The position numbers and the translations under genes are program-made. A DNA stretch of 30,350 bases from contig JBMNQN010000010.1 of assembly GCA_050944155.1 (NCBI GenBank), positions 1 through 30,350 of the forward strand, read 5' to 3'. The notes under the pieces were generated by a model. The model saw only the letters and a list, made by a program, of their open reading frames with translations. It did not search any database and was not told the DNA's origin. Below are positions 8,752-17,004 of this stretch, piece after piece. This stretch comes from Candidatus Methanomethylophilaceae archaeon (GTDB lineage: Archaea; Thermoplasmatota; Thermoplasmata; Methanomassiliicoccales; Methanomethylophilaceae). Position 1 is the first letter of the stretch. The number at the start of each line of letters is the position of its first letter.

Positions 8752-9024
8752 TCAGACCTCCATGCTGATTGCGTCCTTGGGACAGACCTTCCTGCATATT
8801 CCGCATCCCTTGCAGTGGCTCATCTTTATGCCCGCCATCTTTCCGTCTTTCACGATGATGGAGTTGTCGGGGCAGAATATCCAGCAGTTAAGGCAGTTAA
8901 TGCACTTTTCGCTGTCGAAAACCGGGGTGTTCGATCTCCAGTCTCCGGTGAGGATATCTTCGGAACTTCCGGGGTCGCACACTCTCGCTCCCACAACCAT
9001 GTCTTTTTTCTGAACGAATGCCAT
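8752..9024 (-). CDS. porD: Pyruvate:ferredoxin oxidoreductase delta subunit (2x[4Fe-4S])
   Basis: TGDWRS..P, CINCLNCWIFCP, CKGCGICRKVCP. Confidence 0.95.
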   Translation of the reverse strand: MAFVQKKDMVVGARVCDPGSSEDILTGDWRSNTPVFDSEKCINCLNCWIFCPDNSIIVKDGKMAGIKMSHCKGCGICRKVCPKDAISMEV

Positions 9025-9025
9025 C

Positions 9026-9583
9026 TCAGTGAACCTCCTCGTATGCCCTTCTGAGAGCGTTGAGATTTTTCTCGATAACCTTGTCCGACAGTTTTCCGCT
9101 GAATTTCTCGCGGACCTGGCTTGCGAGCTGGTCGTAAGTTACGATCTGCTTGACTTTGACCAGGGCGCCCAGCATGGACGTGTTGGCCATGGGCCTTCCG
9201 ATCTCTTCGGTGGATATCTTGGTGGCGTCCACCGCGTAACACTTGGCGTCGGTACCTATCTTTTTCTGGAGTTCTTCGGGACTGCCGTCGAAATTCGCCA
9301 GAATGAATCCGTCTTTCTTCAGACCGGCGGCAACGTCCACCTTACCGAGAAGCGTTCCGTCGAGAACGATGACGGCGTCGGGTTCGTAGACCTGACTGTG
9401 GACTCTGACCGGTTTTTCGGAAATTCTGGTAAATCCCTTAATCGGCGCGCCCATCCTTTCCGGACCGAATTCGGGAAATGCCTTGACGTATTTTCCTGCA
9501 CTGATGGCGGCTTCCGCGAGTATTTCGTTAGCTGTAACGACTCCCTGCCCGCCTCTCCCGTGCCAACATATTTCCATATCCAT
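9026..9583 (-). CDS. porG: Pyruvate:ferredoxin oxidoreductase gamma subunit (PorC/PorG)
   Basis: HGRGGQGVVTA, FPEFGPERMGAP, NTSMLGAL. The start is uncertain among ATG 9592, 9583 and 9577. Confidence 0.93.
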   Translation of the reverse strand: MDMEICWHGRGGQGVVTANEILAEAAISAGKYVKAFPEFGPERMGAPIKGFTRISEKPVRVHSQVYEPDAVIVLDGTLLGKVDVAAGLKKDGFILANFDGSPEELQKKIGTDAKCYAVDATKISTEEIGRPMANTSMLGALVKVKQIVTYDQLASQVREKFSGKLSDKVIEKNLNALRRAYEEVH

Positions 9584-9673
9584 GGGAACCATCAAATTAC
9601 CCGAAGGCAACATCCGATTTAAATCCTTTTATACCATTTTTACTGTTATGTGTGGTTTCGGATGGTTTTTTCA

Positions 9674-9735
9674 GCGGAATCCGCATATTATAGCCGATTG
9701 ACTGCGGAATCCGCACGTATCGCACGAATTCCGCA
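9674..9735. promoter_or_regulatory. Repeated palindromic operator-like sites (T)GCGGAATCCGCA between divergent por and ppsA
   Basis: GCGGAATCCGCA at 9674-9685 and 9704-9715; a partial third copy ending TTCCGCA at 9735. Confidence 0.5.
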
Positions 9736-9868
9736 TTTATTCTGATTCGTACTATCGACGTACGCTTAATACGGCTTCCGGCCCCTGAAAGCAAACAATA
9801 ATTAAACGGTTCCCGTATAGTGGAACTATGCTGAAAGCATCGAAACTCTTTACAGGGGTAGCGTTTTG

Positions 9869-12169
9869 ATGAATAAAAGAATAGTAGATGTCGACGAACT
9901 CCGTGCGGAGGACATTCCTCTCGTAGGCGGAAAAGGAGCCAACCTGGGAGAACTCACTTTTGCGGGATTTCCGGTGCCCGGAGCATTCGTACTCACAACC
10001 CATGCCTATGATTACTTTTTCGAGTCCAACAATCTGAAGGACGCGGTAGAAAAAGAATTGGCGTCAATCGACGAAAAATCCGACCAGAGTCTTGCCGACG
10101 CTTCCGAGCGCATAAGGAAGAAAATCGAATCGGGAAAGATTCCCGAAGACCTGAAATCGGAAGTTGTTTCCAGGTACAGCGTACTGTTCCCCAAGGGAAA
10201 GAAGGGATTCGTAGCGGTAAGGTCCAGCGCCACCGCCGAGGACCTTCCCGATGCCAGTTTTGCGGGACAGCAGGAGACTTACCTGAACGTAACGGACAAA
10301 GACCTTATGGACAAGGTGAAAAAATGCTGGTCTTCCCTGTTCACCGCAAGGGCGATATCCTACAGAGAAAAGCACGGCTTCGGACACGAAGACGTGAAAC
10401 TCGCCGTGGTCGTCCAGAAGATGGTTAACTCCGAATATTCCGGAATCATGTTCACCGTGGATCCCAACAGCGGAGCCAGGAACATAGTCATCGAAGCCGG
10501 ATACGGACTGGGCGAGGCGATAGTGGGCGGAGAGGTCACTCCCGACACTTACGTCGTGGATAAAAACGAGATGAAAATCTCCAACGTCAGAAAGTCGACT
10601 CAGAAATGGAAATATGTCAGAGGGAAAAACGGAGGAGCGGTCAAAGAGGACATACCTCCCGAACTGGAAAACGCACAGAAGATTCCCGACGACAGGATTC
10701 TCGAAATTGCCGAAATCGGCAGACAGATTGAAATCCATTACGAAATGCCTATGGACATGGAATGGTGCATCGAAGACGACCGCGTTTTCATCGTCCAGGC
10801 GCGTCCGATTACCGCCGTGGGCGATTCCAGAACCAACGAATCCGCCGGAACCGACGTGTCAGAAGACAGCATCCTCACTTCCGGTCTCGGCGCGAGTCCG
10901 GGACTTGCCACCGGCAGAGTCACGATTTACGACGAGGGCATGAGTCTCGACGCCATAAAAGACGGCGATGTTCTGGTTACCACCATGACCATGCCCGACA
11001 TGGTTCCCGCAATGAGCAGGGCCGCCGCGATAGTTACCGACGAAGGCGGAATGACCTGCCACGCCGCGATAGTTTCCAGAGAGATCGGAACCCCCTGCGT
11101 TGTGGGTACGGGAGACGCCACCAAAGTCCTCAAGGACAGAATGGTCGTGACCGTCGACGGAACCACCGGAACCGTTTACATAGGCGAAATCAAAAAGAAA
11201 ACGCAGGAACAGCAGAACACCGTGTACAACGTGACTTCCGAATACGTTCCCGTAACCGGAACCAAAGTCATGGTTAACATGAGCATTCCCTCCAAAGCCG
11301 AAGAGGTGGCGGAACTGCCCGCGGACGGCGTGGGACTCATGAGAAGCGAATTCCTGTTCACCAACTACGTGGGCGAACACCCCATGTCCCTCATCGCCGA
11401 CGGCAGGGAGAACGAACTCATCGACAAACTCAGCGAGGGAATCGCCAAAGTCGCCAGAGCTTTCTATCCCAGACCGGTCGTTCTCAGAACTTCCGACTTC
11501 AAGACCAACGAATACAGGGATATGCGCGGAGGGGCCGACTACGAGCCCAACGAAGACAACCCCATGATCGGATGGCGCGGATGCTCCCGCTACGTCTCTC
11601 CCGAGTACAGGGACGCCTTCATGTGCGAACTCAGGGCCATAAAGAAAGTCAGAGACGAGATGGGAATGAAGAACCTGAACATCATGCTCCCGTTCGTCAG
11701 AACCATCGACGAAGTCAAGGAAATAACGAAGATGATGGAAGAGGTCGGCCTGAGGAGAGGCAAAGACCTGAAGCTTTACTTCATGGCCGAAGTTCCCGTG
11801 AACATCTTCATGGCCGAAGAATTCTGCGGGTACTGCGACGCTTTCTCCATAGGATCCAACGATCTGACCCAGCTGGTCATGGGATGCGACAGGGACTCGG
11901 ACATCCTGGGAAGGATGGGATACTTCGACGAAAGAAACGAAGGAGTGAAAAGGGCGGTCAAGCAGCTCATCGACACGGCGCACAAACACGGCAAGTTCGT
12001 GAGCATATGCGGACAGGCCCCTTCGGTCTACCCGGAATTCACCGAATTCCTCGTCGAGTGCGGAATAGACTGTATTTCCCTGAACCCGGACACTCTGATC
12101 AAGACGAAACGCATAATAGCGTCCGCGGAACAGAAGGTTATACTGAAACATCTCCGCGAACTGCGCTGA
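9869..12169 (+). CDS. ppsA: Phosphoenolpyruvate synthase (pyruvate, water dikinase)
   Basis: VGGKGANLGEL, AVRSSATAEDLPDASFAGQQETYLN, phospho-His GGMTCHAAIVSRE, RTSDFKTNEY, FSIGSNDLTQL. Confidence 0.97.
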   Translation: MNKRIVDVDELRAEDIPLVGGKGANLGELTFAGFPVPGAFVLTTHAYDYFFESNNLKDAVEKELASIDEKSDQSLADASERIRKKIESGKIPEDLKSEVVSRYSVLFPKGKKGFVAVRSSATAEDLPDASFAGQQETYLNVTDKDLMDKVKKCWSSLFTARAISYREKHGFGHEDVKLAVVVQKMVNSEYSGIMFTVDPNSGARNIVIEAGYGLGEAIVGGEVTPDTYVVDKNEMKISNVRKSTQKWKYVRGKNGGAVKEDIPPELENAQKIPDDRILEIAEIGRQIEIHYEMPMDMEWCIEDDRVFIVQARPITAVGDSRTNESAGTDVSEDSILTSGLGASPGLATGRVTIYDEGMSLDAIKDGDVLVTTMTMPDMVPAMSRAAAIVTDEGGMTCHAAIVSREIGTPCVVGTGDATKVLKDRMVVTVDGTTGTVYIGEIKKKTQEQQNTVYNVTSEYVPVTGTKVMVNMSIPSKAEEVAELPADGVGLMRSEFLFTNYVGEHPMSLIADGRENELIDKLSEGIAKVARAFYPRPVVLRTSDFKTNEYRDMRGGADYEPNEDNPMIGWRGCSRYVSPEYRDAFMCELRAIKKVRDEMGMKNLNIMLPFVRTIDEVKEITKMMEEVGLRRGKDLKLYFMAEVPVNIFMAEEFCGYCDAFSIGSNDLTQLVMGCDRDSDILGRMGYFDERNEGVKRAVKQLIDTAHKHGKFVSICGQAPSVYPEFTEFLVECGIDCISLNPDTLIKTKRIIASAEQKVILKHLRELR

Positions 12170-12176
12170 AACCCAA

Positions 12177-12208
12177 CCGGGCATTCCGCCCGGCTTTTAA
12201 CTTTTTTT
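12177..12208 (+). terminator. Putative terminator between convergent ppsA and the CBS-ParB gene
   Basis: CCGGGC-ATTCC-GCCCGG hairpin followed by CTTTTAACTTTTTTT. Confidence 0.6.
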
Positions 12209-13043
12209 AATCGCTGCTGTCGACGAGTCTCTGGTTTATCGACATGGCGTCTTCGTCCGGAAGAAGCATCGTCGTCGCGGCCATAAAAGGATGTTTCGAA
12301 CCTTCGATTATCTTCACGTCATCCAAGGTTTTCAGATTCCATTTCTCCGCGGTTCTCTCGAGTCCCAGCTTCACGTCGAAATTGTTCGGCACCAGCACAA
12401 TCGCTTTGAAAGTGGAAAGACCCAGCCTCTTGGCGGCCATGATTCTGTGGTGTCCGTCCACCACCAGATATCCGTTCCTGCGGGCAATCACGATTATGGG
12501 CTCGTTCAGTCCCCTTTTGATTTCGTACTGGCGTCCTATGAGTTCGTCCATGTAAACTTCCTTCTGGGAAGGGAACAGTTCGTCCATGGACACTTCTTTG
12601 TTGACTATGCGCATTCTCAGCCCGTTCTGCTGTTCCATGAAATTCTTTACGGTCATTACCTTCCCGGGTCTGGATTTTTCGATCTGGGAACGCACGATAT
12701 CGATGTTGGAAATAATTCCCACCAGTTTCCGGTTTTCGTCCACCACCGGCAGGTTGCGCAGTCCGTACCTGAAGAGTATCCTGGTGGCGTCGTCTATGGA
12801 CATGGATGGAACGGCACACAGCGTACCGCGCCTCATAACGCTCCTCATTTTCGCGTCGGGAGTGTGAATATACCTGAGCAGCTCTTTGGCTGTGATGAAT
12901 CCCAGCAGATATCCGTTTTCTGCGATCGGAAAACCGTGAAAACTGGAAGAAATCATCTTGTCTCTCACCTGGCTGACGGTCATGTCGGGCGTCACGGTGA
13001 GAACATCCCTGACCATATATTCGGCCACAATAGCTTCCGGCAT
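12207..13043 (-). CDS. CBS-pair + ParB/Srx-like domain protein
   Basis: Two CBS repeats (VAEYMVRDVLTVTPD...GFPI; LPVVDENRKLVGIIS..DI) and a C-terminal EPIIV...LVVDGHHRIMAA. Confidence 0.9.
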   Translation of the reverse strand: MPEAIVAEYMVRDVLTVTPDMTVSQVRDKMISSSFHGFPIAENGYLLGFITAKELLRYIHTPDAKMRSVMRRGTLCAVPSMSIDDATRILFRYGLRNLPVVDENRKLVGIISNIDIVRSQIEKSRPGKVMTVKNFMEQQNGLRMRIVNKEVSMDELFPSQKEVYMDELIGRQYEIKRGLNEPIIVIARRNGYLVVDGHHRIMAAKRLGLSTFKAIVLVPNNFDVKLGLERTAEKWNLKTLDDVKIIEGSKHPFMAATTMLLPDEDAMSINQRLVDSSD

Positions 13044-13148
13044 TTTGTCTCACGGCCGGTATTGCCGTACCGATATCTTAAAGTTGTCAGCCTTTACGCG
13101 GAGATTCCGATTAAGGTTAAATAGTGAATCATAATATCAGGAATGCAA

Positions 13149-13221
13149 GCCCTGGTAGTGTAGCGGCCTATCATGAAGCCCTGTCGAGGCTTCGACTCGG
13201 ATTCAAATTCCGGCCAGGGCG
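13149..13221 (+). tRNA. tRNA-Asp(GTC)
   Basis: Acceptor GCCCTGG/CCAGGGC, anticodon arm AAGCC-CTGTCGA-GGCTT, T-loop TTCAAAT, discriminator G, no encoded CCA. Confidence 0.95.
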
Positions 13222-13222
13222 C

Positions 13223-14023
13223 TCATTTTTCCATATTTGTGCAGGACCCGTGGAGAATCACCGTGTTGCGCCCGGTTTTGGGATCTTTCGAAGGTACGGC
13301 ATCTATTCCGAAAACCGTTCTCATGTTCTCCGGAGTCAGTACGTCCTCGGTCCTGCCCATTGCGTGTATCCTGTGGTTGTGGATCATGATTATCCTGTCG
13401 CAGTAGCGGGCCACCATGGGAAGGTCGTGGGAAACGATTACCACGGTAAGCCCTTCCTCCTTGGAAAGTCTGTAAACCAGATCCAGAACGTCGAACTGGG
13501 CGCTTATGTCCAGATGAAGGGTGGGCTCGTCCATGAGCAGAATACGGGGGGCCTGTGCCATGGCTCTGGCTATTATTACTTTCTGTCTTTCCCCGCCGCT
13601 CATCGTGTTTATGAAACGGTCGGCCATGTCCAGAACACCGGTCTTCCTCATGGCGTCCTCTATTATCTTCAAATCATCGGAAGAATTGCCCTGGAACGCG
13701 TCCTGAAAAGGCATTCTTCCCATGGACACGATTTCTCTGGCGGTGAAAGAAAAACCGACCTGGTTGTTCTGGGGAACGACGGCAATGTCTCTGGCTATCT
13801 CTTTTTTCCCGATTTCCTCGAGGTCCGTCCCGTCCAGAAGAACGCATCCGCCCTTGGGACTGAGGTTGCGGTTCATGTTTCCCAGAAGAGTCGTTTTCCC
13901 GCAGCCGTTCGGACCCAATATTCCCAGAATTTCGCCTTCGTACAGCTCGAAGTCGATACCGTCCAGAACCGATTTTTTGTTGTAATCGTAGTCCAGATCC
14001 CTGATTTCCAGACTCACATCCAT
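13223..14023 (-). CDS. Iron-chelate/cobalamin ABC transporter ATPase (FecE/BtuD-like)
   Basis: GPNGCGKTT, MSGGERQKV, LLMDEPTLHLD, VSHDL. The likely start MDVSLEI at 14023 overlaps the permease stop. Confidence 0.93.
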   Translation of the reverse strand: MDVSLEIRDLDYDYNKKSVLDGIDFELYEGEILGILGPNGCGKTTLLGNMNRNLSPKGGCVLLDGTDLEEIGKKEIARDIAVVPQNNQVGFSFTAREIVSMGRMPFQDAFQGNSSDDLKIIEDAMRKTGVLDMADRFINTMSGGERQKVIIARAMAQAPRILLMDEPTLHLDISAQFDVLDLVYRLSKEEGLTVVIVSHDLPMVARYCDRIIMIHNHRIHAMGRTEDVLTPENMRTVFGIDAVPSKDPKTGRNTVILHGSCTNMEK

Positions 14024-15030
14024 CCGACCTCCCTCTTTCTTCTCATTAGGAGATATATGAAATAAGGGGCTCCGATCAGCGAAGTAACCACGCCTATGGG
14101 AAGGACTCCCAGGGAAGCTGCGGACAGATGTGCCAGATAGTCGCACCCCATAAGGTAGACTCCTCCGGTTATAACGCACATGGGTATCAGGAGCCTGTTG
14201 TCCGGACCCAGCATGATGCGCAGAATGTGGGGTATCACCAGACCGACGAAGCCTATCGTTCCCACGAAACACACGCAGGCGGCCGTCGTCAGAGAAGATG
14301 CGATAAGAAGGGTGAGACGGGTTTTTTTGACATCCACTCCCAGGTCCATCGCGTGGGCGTCGCCGAGCATCATTACGTTGAGGTCCTTCGAATGGTAAAA
14401 CATCACGAGGATTCCGATCATAGCCAGTATAATGACCACGGGAAGTTTCGTCCACGGCATGGTGACGGAAAGATTCCCCATGCCCCAGTATACGATGTCG
14501 TGGGTTTTTTCGCCGGCGAGATAGGTCAGAAGGGAAACGGCAGCCTGAAACAGGGCCGCAACGGCTATTCCCGCCAGAAGCAGGGTTTCCATATGCGTCT
14601 GGTTTCCCACTCTGGCTATCGAATACACAAGGAACATCGTCCCCAGACAGAATATGAAAGCGAGTAGGGGTACTGACGCAATAGTGGGTATGAACGCAAC
14701 CGGAAACATTATTCCCAGCGCGGCTCCGAAGGACGCTCCGGACGAAAGACCCAGTGTGTAAGGGGAAGCCATCGGGTTTTTGAAGAGTGCCTGCATCACG
14801 GCTCCGGACGCCGCCAGTCCCGCACCGACGATCAGTCCGAAAAGCACTCTGGTAAGGTTGATGTCCACTACGACTACGCGGTAGAATCTGTCCTTACCCG
14901 TCAGCGCGTCCCATACTTCCTTCGGCGAAAGCGGCCACAGCTGAGCCCATCTGAGCTGCAGAAACAGCAGCACTGTGAAAGCAAACGCAAGGAAGACGAG
15001 TATGAGCGCTGTTTTGGCTCCCCTTTTCAT
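14014..15030 (-). CDS. Iron-chelate/cobalamin ABC transporter permease (FecCD/BtuC family)
   Basis: GAGLAASGAVMQALFKNPMASPYTLGLSSGA, GTIGFVGLVIPH, PIGVVTSLIGAPYF. Confidence 0.95.
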   Translation of the reverse strand: MKRGAKTALILVFLAFAFTVLLFLQLRWAQLWPLSPKEVWDALTGKDRFYRVVVVDINLTRVLFGLIVGAGLAASGAVMQALFKNPMASPYTLGLSSGASFGAALGIMFPVAFIPTIASVPLLAFIFCLGTMFLVYSIARVGNQTHMETLLLAGIAVAALFQAAVSLLTYLAGEKTHDIVYWGMGNLSVTMPWTKLPVVIILAMIGILVMFYHSKDLNVMMLGDAHAMDLGVDVKKTRLTLLIASSLTTAACVCFVGTIGFVGLVIPHILRIMLGPDNRLLIPMCVITGGVYLMGCDYLAHLSAASLGVLPIGVVTSLIGAPYFIYLLMRRKREVGWM

Positions 15031-15058
15031 ACTATCAGGCTGTATATGTTCCTATTAT

Positions 15059-16123
15059 TCATCCTTGGCGCCTGACAAGCACGAACGCGGCAGCGAAGAC
15101 CGCGACTGTGGCAACCGCTGCAACCCCTATGTAGACGGCATTGTCTTTGAAGAAGCCGCCCTCCCCGTCATAGAGGGGAGAATCATAAAGACTCGCGTAC
15201 ATGGCTTCCAGTCCGTCCGCGATGCTGGGACAGTAGTTGTTCCAGTCCTTTTCGAGAATCACGACATTCAGAATTTCCGCACCCGTGTATGCGTTCTTGA
15301 AATCTTCCGCGGTTCCGTTGTAGTTTCCGTTAAGGAAAACCACGTCGGGTTTCAGCATCAGTATTTCCGTCATATCGGCTTTGTGGGAGGCCAGTCCCGT
15401 TCCCTTGTCGCCTGCGTTAACGGCTCCGCATATCGTAATCATGGAAGCGGCGATTCCGCTGTCGTAAACGGTGATTGTGTTCCCGGAAGCACTTATGTAC
15501 ATCGCACTGGGTCTTTCGTCATCGGTCAAACCTTCCGTCTTGTCGATGACGGTCTGTTTCACGGATTTCATCCTGTCCACGGAACCGGAAGAATCCGTGC
15601 CGATTATTTTGGAAATGGATTCCACGACGGTTACGGATTCGTCATAGGTTTTTGCACCGAAACAGACCACTTTATAATTAGGCGAAAGAGAATCGTAAAG
15701 CCCCCCTTCCTCCAGGGTGGTAGAATAATTGTTCAGAATGACGACATCTTTGGTTTTATCGAATTTTCCAGAGGATTCCAACTGAAGAAGACCGGAAATA
15801 AGGAGGTCTTTGTCTTTCGTGTACCCCGTACCGAGAACGTGGACGCCTTCAAGAACTCTCATTTTTTCGTTTTTATTGTAATCATAAGTGGAATATGAAT
15901 CACATCCGACGATTTTCGATTCTCCGCCGAGATCGATTATCGTTGAACTGAAGGCATAACCCATTGCCACCACGCGTTCCGCGGGCGCGTCCAGGGTCAA
16001 AGTATGTCCGGCGGAATCCTCGATTGTTATTTCTGCGGATGCTTCGCTGCTTACCAATACGGCGGAAAAGGCAAAAACCGCAATAAAAGCAACTGCGAGC
16101 GTACTGATTTTCGATTTAAACAT
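15059..16123 (-). CDS. Helical-backbone substrate-binding protein (BtuF/FecB-like) with a C-terminal TM anchor
   Basis: Signal peptide (MFKSK...ASA), ITIEDSAG..LTLDAPAERVV, EILMLKPDVVF, and a C-terminal hydrophobic helix + RR. TTTATAAA at 16148-16155 supports the start at 16123. Confidence 0.88.
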   Translation of the reverse strand: MFKSKISTLAVAFIAVFAFSAVLVSSEASAEITIEDSAGHTLTLDAPAERVVAMGYAFSSTIIDLGGESKIVGCDSYSTYDYNKNEKMRVLEGVHVLGTGYTKDKDLLISGLLQLESSGKFDKTKDVVILNNYSTTLEEGGLYDSLSPNYKVVCFGAKTYDESVTVVESISKIIGTDSSGSVDRMKSVKQTVIDKTEGLTDDERPSAMYISASGNTITVYDSGIAASMITICGAVNAGDKGTGLASHKADMTEILMLKPDVVFLNGNYNGTAEDFKNAYTGAEILNVVILEKDWNNYCPSIADGLEAMYASLYDSPLYDGEGGFFKDNAVYIGVAAVATVAVFAAAFVLVRRQG

Positions 16124-16270
16124 GAATCGCCCAGCGGTTAATCCGTATTTATAAATTATTACTAAATCCAAAAAAGTGTTACCAAACGTATGATTATGCG
16201 TTCGGAGTAACACCCTGACGCCTCCGGAATCGGTACAAAGTATCTATATCAAGTGCGGATATTGTAAATC

Positions 16271-16603
16271 ATGCGCTGGATGCTCCGCAGCAAAATTCAC
16301 CGTGCAACCGTAACCGAAACCCGCCTGGATTACGAAGGCAGCATTACGATAGACGGCGGACTGATGGATTCGGCGGGACTGCTTCCCGGCGAAAAAGTTC
16401 TTGTGGCCGACGTGAACAACGGAAACCGTTTCGAAACCTACGCGATACGCGGAAAAACGGGAGAGATCTGCATCAACGGAGCGGCCGCACACCTCTGTAG
16501 CAAAGGCGATTTGGTAATCATTATGGGATTCGAACTCGCCGACAGAGTCATAGAAACGAAAATCGTGAAGGTCGACGGAAACAACAGACCTACGGGTAAC
16601 TAA
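16271..16603 (+). CDS. panD: Aspartate 1-decarboxylase (pyruvoyl-dependent, bacterial type)
   Basis: MLRSKIHRATVT..LDYEG/SITID self-cleavage site, NGNRFETYAI, ICINGAAAHL, GDLVII. Confidence 0.96.
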   Translation: MRWMLRSKIHRATVTETRLDYEGSITIDGGLMDSAGLLPGEKVLVADVNNGNRFETYAIRGKTGEICINGAAAHLCSKGDLVIIMGFELADRVIETKIVKVDGNNRPTGN

Positions 16604-17004
16604 TGCTGCGGATTTATTCCGACGGAGGTTCCAGAGGCAATCCCGGCCCTGCGGCTTACGGTATCGTCGTTACGGAAAACGGAAAGACGATTTACGAAGA
16701 ATCCGGGTATCTGGGTATTCGGACCAACAACTACGCCGAATACAGAGGCCTCATCGCCGCGATAAGAAAGGCCATCGATCTGGGGGCGCAGAACGTGGAA
16801 TTCGTGATGGATTCACAGCTCGTCGTAAAACAGATGAGGGGAGAATACAGAGTGAGATCTCCCGACCTCATGGATCTTTACGCGGACGCTCGGGCACTTT
16901 CCGCTCTGATTCCTTCGGTACGTTTCAGGCACGTGCGCAGAAACGAACTGCTCATGCCCCGCGCGGACGCACTGGTGAACATCGAACTGGATGCTCATCC
17001 CTGA
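16603..17004 (+). CDS. rnhA: Ribonuclease HI family protein
   Basis: YSDGGSRGNPGPAA, TNNYAEYRGL, DSQLVVKQM.G.Y, HVRR...AD.L.N. TAATG coupling to panD. Confidence 0.93.
   Translation: MLRIYSDGGSRGNPGPAAYGIVVTENGKTIYEESGYLGIRTNNYAEYRGLIAAIRKAIDLGAQNVEFVMDSQLVVKQMRGEYRVRSPDLMDLYADARALSALIPSVRFRHVRRNELLMPRADALVNIELDAHP

Noticed and set aside
13149-16200. Integrated element at the tRNA-Asp 3' end
   Set aside because: No integrase and no duplicated tRNA 3' end (att site) were seen, and the adjacent genes are an ordinary ABC importer.
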